Origin: an uncultured Candidatus Saccharibacteria bacterium
GTDB taxonomy: Bacteria; Patescibacteriota; WWE3; UBA101185; UBA10185
Assembly (NCBI GenBank): GCA_964387275.1
Contig: CAYLVW010000004.1
Span: 10,525-74,524 of the forward strand
Length of the DNA: 64,000 bases
Direction: 5' to 3'
The stretch's first letter is position 1. Every line of letters begins with the position of its first letter. This document shows positions 55,521-64,000 of this stretch, piece by piece. Made by a program: the position numbers and the translations under genes. The notes beneath the pieces are model-generated. The model was not told the origin of the DNA. It made no database searches and was given only the letters and a program-made list of their open reading frames with translations.

Positions 55521-56792
55521 CTAATTAGGATTTGGTATCTGCACTACAACATTCATGAAGTTTACTTTCATTTCGTAGTCACCTGTTTTAAGAAATCGAG
55601 CCCAAGTGTTGTAATCATAAGCGAGAGTGAAGTACCCTTTATCTCCAATTTTTTGGTTAGACTCGCAGTAGAAAGTTACACTGTATCTTCCTACGTTCTC
55701 CTGAGCTTTTTGTTGGCCCAGTGTAGGATTTCCTCCAAGATATTGATTGTTTAACCTATACGAATTAGAGTAGTACGGGTTATGATCATTACCATTAGTA
55801 TAATATGTGCCTATTTGGCCCCATCTATTTATGTTATAGGTATGATACCAATCGTAGATATCTTCAAAATGGTAGATTTCAGTTGTTACAGGCTTAGTGC
55901 ACGCGTAGTACTCAATACTACTCGACCCACAATCATAAGGCTCCGAGCCTCCTGAGCCATCTCCATAGTCCACATCCCTATAGCAGATCTTAGGTTCGTA
56001 TTCAGTCCGCGAACATGTATCTGACACATACTCTGTTTTATACCCATCGGTAATCTTTTCATCCCTACCTGTATCCATAAATACTGAGCTAACATCATAA
56101 GCTCCTGGTGGATAAGTAGTCCAACTGGATTCTCTAAAAGCTTGATACTCATATACAGTTACGCTTTGTTCCCAATTAAATCCTGTAACTGTAGCAGTAG
56201 TAGGAGTAAGGTTAAAAAAGAAATTCCAGATAAACAAAATAAAAAGAATAATACCTGCGCCACTGCCAATTGCAGCAATTCTACTTCTAGGCTCACTCTG
56301 ATCGTACCACTGTCTGGCTTTGTAAGTTATATTCTCAAAGCCATCCCTAAGGTCTATGATTCCATAGTTTTGAGCTTTGCTGTCACTGGGGACCTTGTAT
56401 CCTGTAGTAGTTGTAGGTTCTTGAGCCCCTCCATCTACATAAGTATAGGGGTCCACACCTTTTTCAGCCTGCTCAGTTGAGGTAGGCGCTGTACCTTGTT
56501 CATATTTAGTTACCTTATGAACATGGAATTTAGTGCCTTTTTCAGCTTTACAGTATTCACAGATGGTAGCAGTATCTTTATTTCCAGATCCACACTTTGA
56601 GCAGTACCAGTTCGGACCTCCACTACCTAACTGTGCTGCAATTTCTGTGGTTACCTCAGGAGCATCCTTAATGTTATAGAAAGCTACTCCTAGTTCCCTA
56701 ACTTTATTGCAGTTAGGGCACACCTTAACATTACCCAAGAGTCTCTTAGTACCGCAGTATCTGCAGTCCCAAGCCATGAGGTACCTTGCCAT
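55521..56792 (-). CDS. membrane protein with two N-terminal zinc-ribbon motifs and a Tyr/Gly/Asn-rich extracytoplasmic domain (hypothetical)
   Basis: CRYCGTKRLLGNVKVCPNCNKV and CSKCGSGNKDTATICEYCKAEK, then TM IAAIGSGAGIILFILFIWNFFF, then about 250 aa with many Tyr/Asp/Gly and paired Cys. Confidence 0.55.
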   Translation of the reverse strand: MARYLMAWDCRYCGTKRLLGNVKVCPNCNKVRELGVAFYNIKDAPEVTTEIAAQLGSGGPNWYCSKCGSGNKDTATICEYCKAEKGTKFHVHKVTKYEQGTAPTSTEQAEKGVDPYTYVDGGAQEPTTTTGYKVPSDSKAQNYGIIDLRDGFENITYKARQWYDQSEPRSRIAAIGSGAGIILFILFIWNFFFNLTPTTATVTGFNWEQSVTVYEYQAFRESSWTTYPPGAYDVSSVFMDTGRDEKITDGYKTEYVSDTCSRTEYEPKICYRDVDYGDGSGGSEPYDCGSSSIEYYACTKPVTTEIYHFEDIYDWYHTYNINRWGQIGTYYTNGNDHNPYYSNSYRLNNQYLGGNPTLGQQKAQENVGRYSVTFYCESNQKIGDKGYFTLAYDYNTWARFLKTGDYEMKVNFMNVVVQIPNPN

Positions 56793-57017
56793 ATCTTTCT
56801 CCTTCTAGAGTTAGCGATATTATACTATGGGATACGTTTGATGTAAATCTGAATGGAGCCTGAATTTATTTTTAATGCTAGGGGTTTAAATCAGATAAGA
56901 AGCAAGGTTTTTTCGTCTGTAAGAAAAGGCATCTTGGCTTTAGTAAGGTGAGTATTTTTACTATATTAACCTGAGAATAATAGACAAATATAAATATGTT
57001 TGCTGTAAAATAGTTTA

Positions 57018-58097
57018 ATGTTTATTAAAATTTCCCTGGTTGTTGCTGTACTGTCTTTTTTAACTGTTGGTTATTATATTATTAGTAACAAACCTCAATC
57101 AGATTTATCAATTGATTCTCAGACTAATAGTAGTAGTATTTTTTCCAATGTTCCAAATGAGCAAATTCCTACTAAACTTAGCATTGAGTATCTAAGGACT
57201 CAAAAATTTGATTCTGTAGCACCAACCATTACTGAACAACTTGCTCAAGGTACAAACTATAATCGCTACATTGCAACATATACAAGCGAAGGTCTAAAGA
57301 TAAATGGGCTTCTCACAGTTCCTTTAGGGGATATACCTGAAGGTGGTTATAGTGCAATTATATTTAATCATGGGTACATACCACCAAATCAATATTCCAC
57401 CACTGAAAAATATTTGGCATATATAGACTATCTGGCAAGAAATGGATTTGTAGTTTTTAAGATAGACATGAGAGGTCATGGTAACTCTGAGGGTATACCG
57501 ACAGGTTCTTACTTTTCTCCTTCTTATACAATAGATGCAATTAGTGCACTCAAAAGTTTACAAAAATTAGATTATGTAAATCCTAGTAAAATAGGTATGT
57601 GGGGACATAGCATGTCTGGTAACTTAACATTACGTGCAATGTTAGTAGAGCCTGATATAAAAGCAGGCGTGATTTGGGGAGGCGCTGTTTATAGTTATGA
57701 AGATTTTGCAAAGTATAGGATTAGTGATAACAGCTTTGTAAGGACACCAGGAACAGGCAGTAATAATAGGTCTAGTATAGAACCTGAGTATGCGTCTGAA
57801 GTGCAAAAAATTAGAGATGATTCAAAAAATGTTGATTTTGATAGTAAGTTTTGGAAAAGTATTTCACTTACAAACAATATTAATTATTTATCCGCACCAC
57901 TTCAACTCCACCACTCTATAAATGATGACGTTGTAGATATTGGTTATTCTAGGGATTTGGCAGATGTGCTAGAAGCAAACAGTAAAAACTACGAGTTATT
58001 TGAATATTCCGGAGGTGGTCATAATATTAACTCCCCCTACTTTGAACAAGCTATGTTAAGAACCGTTGAGTTTTTCAAAGAAAACCTTAATAATTAA
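57018..58097 (+). CDS. membrane-anchored alpha/beta-hydrolase (S9 peptidase / dienelactone-hydrolase-like)
   Basis: N-terminal TM. Nucleophile elbow GHSMSG. Asp and His (GGGHNI) at the C-terminus. Confidence 0.6.
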   Translation: MFIKISLVVAVLSFLTVGYYIISNKPQSDLSIDSQTNSSSIFSNVPNEQIPTKLSIEYLRTQKFDSVAPTITEQLAQGTNYNRYIATYTSEGLKINGLLTVPLGDIPEGGYSAIIFNHGYIPPNQYSTTEKYLAYIDYLARNGFVVFKIDMRGHGNSEGIPTGSYFSPSYTIDAISALKSLQKLDYVNPSKIGMWGHSMSGNLTLRAMLVEPDIKAGVIWGGAVYSYEDFAKYRISDNSFVRTPGTGSNNRSSIEPEYASEVQKIRDDSKNVDFDSKFWKSISLTNNINYLSAPLQLHHSINDDVVDIGYSRDLADVLEANSKNYELFEYSGGGHNINSPYFEQAMLRTVEFFKENLNN

Positions 58098-58752
58098 TCT
58101 TATGGATCGTTATTACTTTGAAGAATATATAAAGACTCTAAATTTAGATTCACCAACTATTCAGTATCAGAAAATTTCTAGTATAAATTCCGACCTTAAG
58201 CTCCAGTTAGCAAAGATGTATTGCACTTTATTTAATGCTGACAACAAAAACTTTATAGCAATGTTTGGTACAACAGGACGTACTGTTCCCGAGGGTCTTT
58301 GGACTGAGGAGCCTTATAGTATTGATACAGCCTTATCACTAATATTAGATTATATGAGTGCTAAATATATAGGTATTGTTGCAACTACAGGCATTCCAGG
58401 GTTAGACGAGATAAAAGCATTAGGAGCCTGTATTTACAAAAAAAGTAGTTTTGATGAACTGTCGAGTAAAGGTTATGAGGTGCCATTTTTAGTACCGGAT
58501 AGTGTCGAGCTTTGGTCTGGTATAGATACATTCAGAAGGCCGGCTCAAATCCAATCTCAGCCCTTAAAAGATTTATCTTCAAAAATGCGTAATGAATTGG
58601 TGAATTCTTACAAAACTAAAAATTCTATATTAATGTACAGCAGTACTAATAATCCTGTTATGGTTAATGCTCTTAAAAAAGATAATTTCACTATAGTTGA
58701 GAAATTAACTACTTTTGGTAATAGGTTTCAGGCTTTTAAGATAATTTCCTAA
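58066..58752 (+). CDS. hypothetical protein
   Basis: ORF only. The start is uncertain (possibly MDRYYF). Confidence 0.4.
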   Translation: MSFSKKTLIINLMDRYYFEEYIKTLNLDSPTIQYQKISSINSDLKLQLAKMYCTLFNADNKNFIAMFGTTGRTVPEGLWTEEPYSIDTALSLILDYMSAKYIGIVATTGIPGLDEIKALGACIYKKSSFDELSSKGYEVPFLVPDSVELWSGIDTFRRPAQIQSQPLKDLSSKMRNELVNSYKTKNSILMYSSTNNPVMVNALKKDNFTIVEKLTTFGNRFQAFKIIS

Positions 58753-58788
58753 CTTCGAAAAATTTAAGGGTTATATAAATCAATATAC

Positions 58789-59748
58789 TTACTTAAGAAT
58801 TTTTAAGAAATTCTTAACTATTGTTTCTACATCTTCATAGTTTTTAGTTTGCATTAAATTTTGCCTTAATTCATCAGCTCCTGGGAAGTTTTTCACGTAT
58901 ATTTTAAAGAATTTTTTCATCGTTTCAAAATTCCTTGTTTTTCCCCACGTTTTTGTAAAGTGACTAGTGTGCTCCAATAGGATCTCAAGTCTTTCATGTA
59001 CTGAATGCTCTTTTAATTTTTGTTCGAATACCCATGGATTATGAAATACTCCCCTTCCAATCATTACCCCGTCTACTCCGTATTGATTTGTTTTTTGTAA
59101 AACTTCTTCGTAAGATGTAACATCCCCATTACCAATTATTAGGATGTTTTTATTAATTTTGTTTCTAAGCTCAACTAGATTCCCGATTTGTTCCCAATTT
59201 GCAGGAATTTTGGACATAGATTTTGCGTCTCTGGCGTGGAGAGTTAAGAGTTGAATATCTTGAGTAAGTAAAAATTTCAGCCAATCCGTAGTTTTTTCAG
59301 AGTTTCTATCGAGTCTGGTTTTAATACTTAGTGGAATACTAGGAGCACCTTTTCTTGCAGCTAAAATTATTTTTTGTACCAGTTCTTTATTATTAACAAG
59401 TGCCGCTCCTGCATTATTTTTCATTACTTTTTTATCAGGACATCCCATGTTTATATCAATTCCGTCAAACCCAAGTTCTTCCACTATGGAAGCTGCCTTT
59501 TCGAAATGTTCTGGATTTGAGCCCCAAATTTGAGCGACCACAGGTCTTTGCTGTTTGGAATATTTAAGCTTTCTCATTACCTTATCTTTACCTACTGAGA
59601 GAAGCCCATCGATATTTGTAAACTCTGTAACAAACACACTGGGTCTTGCCAACTTATTTATAACATCTCTAAAAACCAAATCTGTTACATCGTCCATTGG
59701 AGCTAGTATTGTTATTGGTTTGTCTAGTTTGGTCCAGAAATTAATCAC
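58789..59748 (-). CDS. tRNA-dihydrouridine synthase
   Basis: ILAPMDDVTD, DGIDINMGCP and FMN-binding TIM-barrel motifs. Confidence 0.85.
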   Translation of the reverse strand: MINFWTKLDKPITILAPMDDVTDLVFRDVINKLARPSVFVTEFTNIDGLLSVGKDKVMRKLKYSKQQRPVVAQIWGSNPEHFEKAASIVEELGFDGIDINMGCPDKKVMKNNAGAALVNNKELVQKIILAARKGAPSIPLSIKTRLDRNSEKTTDWLKFLLTQDIQLLTLHARDAKSMSKIPANWEQIGNLVELRNKINKNILIIGNGDVTSYEEVLQKTNQYGVDGVMIGRGVFHNPWVFEQKLKEHSVHERLEILLEHTSHFTKTWGKTRNFETMKKFFKIYVKNFPGADELRQNLMQTKNYEDVETIVKNFLKILK

Positions 59749-59846
59749 GCCTGATTATATTAGATATAGGCTATAATTATCAAATTTCAGCTACATTACA
59801 ATATAAGGTTGTGCTACAATCCAACCCTAGGACCAAAGGAGAGAAA

Positions 59847-60338
59847 ATGCGTGTAGGCATGATTGTGGCACACGATTTGAATAATGGAATTGGTTTTAAA
59901 AGCGGTAGTCCTTGGAATGTCCCTAAGGATCTTGAGATTTTTAGATCTAGAACTCTTGGAAATGCTGTTATTGTAGGTAGAAGTACCTGGGAATCTATGA
60001 CCACTGAGCTGCCTGGTAGAGATGTTTATGTATTGTCTAAAAATCCTTTATATAGACCCAGAGGCACTGTTTGTGGGATTTTTAGAAATCCTAAAGATAT
60101 TATTGATCTTTGCAATTCTGATAAGAATTACCCTTGGGTTTATGTGATAGGTGGGTCGTTAGTATACGAAACCTGTATTAGGTATGTGGGTACTATCTAT
60201 GAAACTGTAATTTACGGTAATTTTCAATGGGATACACTTTTTGATCCTAGATGGTTGGCCGGCTTTATACAAACTAAGTACCAGTTTTTTAGTGTTAAGC
60301 CCTATTCATTTGCATTAAATACCTATAAAAGAGAGTAA
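59847..60338 (+). CDS. folA: dihydrofolate reductase
   Basis: MRVGMIVAHDLNNGIGFKSGSPWNVPKDLEIF...VIVGRSTWES. Start preceded by the AAAGGAGAGAA Shine-Dalgarno. Confidence 0.85.
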   Translation: MRVGMIVAHDLNNGIGFKSGSPWNVPKDLEIFRSRTLGNAVIVGRSTWESMTTELPGRDVYVLSKNPLYRPRGTVCGIFRNPKDIIDLCNSDKNYPWVYVIGGSLVYETCIRYVGTIYETVIYGNFQWDTLFDPRWLAGFIQTKYQFFSVKPYSFALNTYKRE

Positions 60339-60369
60339 GGTATTATCTAGCCAGTTCTATTTTGGAGTA

Positions 60370-60927
60370 CTAGGACTGGCTATTTTTATCTATATCCTTG
60401 ATTGAGAAACCAAGATCTTTAAAGATAATATCTCTTAGATAAATACTACCTACAAATAGTACGACATCTATACTTTGCCCGACCCTGAATGCGCCATTTT
60501 TAAGGTCTTCAATAGTGTCTGGGCAAAGCTCAGGTAACCTATCTACAACTTGAGCTATACATGACTCCGCATCATATGCGGTTGCCGGCTTAGATTCGAG
60601 TATCTTTTCCAATAAGAAATCTTTTTTTGATTCAATAATTTCCTTTATACCGCTTTCTTCTAATATCTTTTCCCCTTCAATATTTAATTTTCTAGGGGAG
60701 GTGGCAGGAGCATACTTATCTTTCCACAAAGTGTTAACTCTATCTTCAATAGTACCAAACCTTTCACGAATATTTTTTAAATCAGGTTTAATTTCTTTTT
60801 CTAACGTCTCTTTTATGTCGTTAACACTTTTATTTAGAATTCCCCAAGCAACTCCCATGCCAAATAAAAACGCAATTACGGCGATAAAAGTTCCTATATT
60901 GTTTGCTAAATCCATTGAAGTAATCAT
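60370..60927 (-). CDS. membrane-anchored hypothetical protein
   Basis: Single N-terminal TM (IGTFIAVIAFLFGMGVAWGIL), then a charged helical domain. Confidence 0.45.
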   Translation of the reverse strand: MITSMDLANNIGTFIAVIAFLFGMGVAWGILNKSVNDIKETLEKEIKPDLKNIRERFGTIEDRVNTLWKDKYAPATSPRKLNIEGEKILEESGIKEIIESKKDFLLEKILESKPATAYDAESCIAQVVDRLPELCPDTIEDLKNGAFRVGQSIDVVLFVGSIYLRDIIFKDLGFSIKDIDKNSQS

Positions 60928-61005
60928 GTCTTCAATATACTTTTCTGTATGGTGTAAATCAAGTTGTATAGTTATATTTATTATAGATAAGCTCTATAAA
61001 ATAGA

Positions 61006-61527
61006 TTAAGGTTTTATATTAGTATTTTCTTGAATATTTAGTTTAAGATTTTGTCTGCTAAATTTTACAATAGCAAGAGGCATGACCGGTTTATAAGACA
61101 CATGATCACCATCAGCAATACCATCCGAGACTTTGCTATCCACTATATACATATATCCCTCTTGGTTTAGTTTATTCAGATCGTCGATATAGATGTTGTA
61201 ATATATTAATTTTCCTGATTTGTCACGTTCGAATCTATAGCCACTTCTGGAATTGCCTAAAATAGTTTTTGTCATTGAAGTTAGCGGGTTTTTTGACATA
61301 TACACCGCATTTAAACTGCCTAGTGGTCTTTTTGTATCAGAAGCTTGCCTCGGCTCAATTACAGGAAATAGTTTTGGAGATCCGTGTAGTAAATAGCCAT
61401 TTTCTACTGCCCAATCAAATAACGTTTCTGGGTTTTCCATGGTGTAGTAAGTTATTGCATTTAGTTCTTTTGATCGAGCTCCCGATACTTCGAGTTGATG
61501 CAATAGTTCACGTTTTTTAGTATTCAT
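61006..61527 (-). CDS. hypothetical protein
   Basis: ORF only. No recognised motif. Confidence 0.4.
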   Translation of the reverse strand: MNTKKRELLHQLEVSGARSKELNAITYYTMENPETLFDWAVENGYLLHGSPKLFPVIEPRQASDTKRPLGSLNAVYMSKNPLTSMTKTILGNSRSGYRFERDKSGKLIYYNIYIDDLNKLNQEGYMYIVDSKVSDGIADGDHVSYKPVMPLAIVKFSRQNLKLNIQENTNIKP

Positions 61528-61634
61528 TTATTTTGTTTTATCCTCTAATGCATTTACCATATATTTTAATATTACCTCCAATTTAGATTATAAAAAAGGG
61601 ATGACTGCAATGTTTGCAATCAGCCCTCTTAAGG

Positions 61635-61901
61635 TTACCTGACTATGTATTCCCTACCATCTCCCACGCAGTTCGTGGGGCATCTGTACAAGTATGAACT
61701 CAGCAAAATCATAAAATATGCATTATCGGGTGTAGTTCGAGCCTCAACTTCTTTATCGGTTAATTTAACCAGCTTATTGCCACAATCTCTACAGTAGTAT
61801 GGGAACATCCAACCGGTAAGGGGAAAATTCAAAATGAAAAGCCAGGTTTTTTTCATCCTAACCACCTTTCTGACAGTATTGTAATAGAAGAATAGCCGCA
61901 T
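61635..61901 (-). CDS. small hypothetical protein with a CxxC...CxxxC pattern (possible zinc ribbon)
   Basis: YYCRDCGNK...YRCPTNC. Weak call. Confidence 0.25.
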   Translation of the reverse strand: MRLFFYYNTVRKVVRMKKTWLFILNFPLTGWMFPYYCRDCGNKLVKLTDKEVEARTTPDNAYFMILLSSYLYRCPTNCVGDGREYIVR

Positions 61902-61944
61902 GTCAAACTATAGGTTAATGTGTTGCTTGCTATATTGATTTGAA

Positions 61945-63216
61945 TTAGAAAATATAAAGCTCTTCTTGTGCTCTTGTTATACCTGTATACAGCCATTTTT
62001 TCCACATTTCATCATCCATTTGTTTAAATCTTTCCTCAAACATTATGACTCTTTTGGCTTGACTTCCCTGCGCTTTATGTACAGTAAGTGTGTATCCAAA
62101 ATCAAATAAGTCTCCTTTAGCTGCATTTTTTCGATCTTTGGTGAAGTTTACTCCTATAGTTGATCCAAACTGCGGTGCATAGATCAGTCCTGTGTAGGGT
62201 CTTGTAATGTCATCCATCTGGATTTCTGCTTCATACCAATCGGGTTCCTTCTTTTTTATTCTTAGTATTGTACCCAGCATCCCGTTATATATGCCTTTTT
62301 TATTATTATTTCTCAAACAAATTACTCTGTCTCCTGAAGAAGGATTTGGGTCATCAAACCCCAAATTACCTCTTATAAAATTATTAATTTTAATTCTTGT
62401 GTTGTTATATCCACAAAGTATTAGTGTGTCTGTTGAGTAACTTTCCAGCAATTCTCCGCTTATTGTTTGGCTGCAGGGATCTTCTCTGGAATACTTGATA
62501 ACTTTTTTACCGAACTCTTTTGGTGGTACCATCCCATTGTTTCTGGCTAATTGAGATACTTTAATGATTGGGTTGTCTTTTGCTTGTCTGTGTATCTCGG
62601 AAAGTAATATTTCTGGTTTTTCCATTAAATTGAAGGCTCCTTTTATAGGTGGCAACTGTCCGTGATCTCCAACTGCAAGTATTGGAACACCATAAGAAAG
62701 AAGGTCCCTCCATATCTCACTATCTACCATTGAAGCTTCATCTACCACTATTAACTCATTATCAATATTTTCTTTCTTTTCCCATCCGACTATTTCGGCA
62801 TTGCTATTTTCAATTGGGTTGTAGATGAGTCCATGTATTGTACTTATTGTATCTTTTGTGGAGATCGCTTCATGTTCTTTTAGTTTTATTTTAAGATTTT
62901 GAGTAGCTCTTCCCGTATAGCTGCAAAATGCGATCGAAATTTTATTACCTGATTTTAGTATTTCTTTTTTAAATACTGAAACTAAGGTTGTTTTTCCAGT
63001 ACCTGCGAAACCACCTAGAGTAATATATGGTTTCTTACCAGAGTTATTAAACCACTTTAATAATTGATCTAAAGCAAGTTTTTGATCATTAGAAAGTTCC
63101 ATGCGTATTAAGATAGCACACTTTTTCATTTGAATAGGGGATTTTGAAATTTTAAGCCTATAAGTTATACTTTGCTCAGTTTCTGGTAGATCACTAGAAT
63201 CCAAAGAGGAGAACAA
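61945..63216 (-). CDS. RecD/Dda/TraA-like superfamily-1 DNA helicase (AAA_30 + UvrD_C_2 type)
   Basis: Walker A LGGFAGTGKTTLV. Walker B LIVVDEASMV. C-terminal TVHKAQGSQAKRVIMF motif. The track start is a TTG. In-frame ATG alternatives exist at about 63129 and 63102. Confidence 0.75.
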   Translation of the reverse strand: MFSSLDSSDLPETEQSITYRLKISKSPIQMKKCAILIRMELSNDQKLALDQLLKWFNNSGKKPYITLGGFAGTGKTTLVSVFKKEILKSGNKISIAFCSYTGRATQNLKIKLKEHEAISTKDTISTIHGLIYNPIENSNAEIVGWEKKENIDNELIVVDEASMVDSEIWRDLLSYGVPILAVGDHGQLPPIKGAFNLMEKPEILLSEIHRQAKDNPIIKVSQLARNNGMVPPKEFGKKVIKYSREDPCSQTISGELLESYSTDTLILCGYNNTRIKINNFIRGNLGFDDPNPSSGDRVICLRNNNKKGIYNGMLGTILRIKKKEPDWYEAEIQMDDITRPYTGLIYAPQFGSTIGVNFTKDRKNAAKGDLFDFGYTLTVHKAQGSQAKRVIMFEERFKQMDDEMWKKWLYTGITRAQEELYIF

Positions 63217-63217
63217 G

Positions 63218-63592
63218 ATGGGTGGAAATAGATTTTCTAATCTAAGTAGAGATTCTATTAGTAAGCCATGGGGTGAAAATGTAGAGCTTATGAAAAAACT
63301 TCTTCAAGAGCTCAATGAGGGAGCTTTTGGTAATCGCGGATCTATTCATGATGGGATTTCCACAAATCTAAGTATAAGGACCCTCGGGAGCTTTAATGGC
63401 CCAGCTATTACTTTTGAAGTAGAGTCATTGGGTTTCATTGTTCTTAGACCATTTAGTACTCTCGCTCTTGCTATGGTAGGTTTTAAGGAAAGTGAAGATG
63501 GTAGACTTTTGCCTTTTATCAAGCTTTCACTCTACGGGGAAGACGATATGGTTAAAACCTTGACTAAAGTTGCTACTCTCCTTAGAGGCTAG
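63218..63592 (+). CDS. hypothetical protein
   Basis: Good AAAGAGGAGAA Shine-Dalgarno upstream. Divergent from the helicase. Confidence 0.45.
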   Translation: MGGNRFSNLSRDSISKPWGENVELMKKLLQELNEGAFGNRGSIHDGISTNLSIRTLGSFNGPAITFEVESLGFIVLRPFSTLALAMVGFKESEDGRLLPFIKLSLYGEDDMVKTLTKVATLLRG

Positions 63593-63599
63593 GTTTTTC

Positions 63600-63645
63600 A
63601 ACGCTTGTGGATATCCCACGTCCATAAGCGTTTTCTGTTTTTACT
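63600..63645 (+). terminator. rho-independent terminator
   Basis: AACGCTT-GTGGatatcCCAC-gtccat-AAGCGTT followed by TTCTGTTTTTAC. Confidence 0.5.
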
Positions 63646-64000
63646 ATATATCTGAATTTGGTAACTACACCAACTTCCTACTGTAGGGTTCAGAGTTTTT
63701 AATGTTTTATAAATTTCCTATAAGGCGTACAGTCTTTATGTAGTCATTATATATTTCTCTACATGTTCAAATTTATTTGGAATAATTTTTCTACTTAGAA
63801 CAAGTATCATACTGTGAATATACAATAATAAACTACCATACAAATAAATGTAGATTTATGAGACTTTAGGTTATGGAGCATTTACACTATATGTTTATAT
63901 CAACTTATATAGTTCTTACAATGTTATAATTGCGGTATATGATAAAGAATTTTCTTATATTCATACTAATTGTCTTAGCTGTGTCATTATTTGTAGTTTT

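Noticed and set aside
61655-61685. Hairpin CCCACGcagttCGTGGG as a terminator for the helicase gene
   Set aside because: It lies about 280 bp downstream of the helicase stop and inside the putative small ORF 61635..61901. No U-tract. Left unassigned.
1-64000. Search for tRNA/rRNA genes in the intergenic regions (23561-23648, 28596-28738, 55371-55520, 56793-57017, 63593-64000)
   Set aside because: No cloverleaf-compatible sequence (GTTCRANYC T-loop with a matching acceptor stem) was seen by eye. A tRNAscan/Infernal run would be needed to be sure.

Overview
The window is an AT-rich bacterial segment with densely packed, often start/stop-overlapping genes. Several traits point, by inference only, to a reduced-genome monoderm such as a Patescibacteria/CPR-like organism: a sortase with its substrate, an ADP-forming acetyl-CoA synthetase, giant surface proteins and many glycosyltransferases.

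Layout:
- 1-11 kb: a co-directional operon for surface glycan synthesis. It holds a PgaC/BcsA-like processive GT2 synthase fused to a Wzx-like flippase domain and a GT4, then a GT2, a CE4 deacetylase, a SAM methyltransferase, a GT4, an SDR and two GT-C membrane glycosyltransferases.
- 11-13.6 kb: a secreted protein, then a sortase with a substrate carrying an LAATG sorting signal.
- 14.6-19.8 kb: a 1748-aa secreted protein built of LamG_3 (concanavalin-A-like) repeats.
- About 20.1 kb: a tandem array of a 14-bp motif (6 copies) immediately upstream of a GldA-like ABC ATPase. The downstream permease is fused to a GldG-like domain.
- Middle of the window: central and energy metabolism (ADP-forming Acd, NDH-2, ROK kinase, GH5-like and GH1 glycosidases, pyruvate kinase).
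- Three P-type ATPases, one of them a PCP-motif P1B-like pump.
- A signalling island: histidine kinase, OmpR-type regulator, a periplasmic LTXXQ-like protein with a Gly/Met tail, and a PP2C-like phosphatase.
- A CdaA diadenylate cyclase fused to CdaR/YbbR-like domains, a DEAD-box helicase with a long leader, the thymidylate set (dut, thyA, folA) and a Dus.
- A right-end block of hypothetical proteins with a RecD/Dda-like helicase, followed by ORF-free AT-rich DNA.

A recurring family of GC-rich perfect hairpins (GGGCGGG-type), lacking U-tracts, sits at the 3' ends of genes. No tRNA or rRNA genes and no CRISPR array were recognised. Coordinates of starts are taken from the ORF track unless a better start was obvious. 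Functional calls rest on motif recognition by eye, not on database searches.
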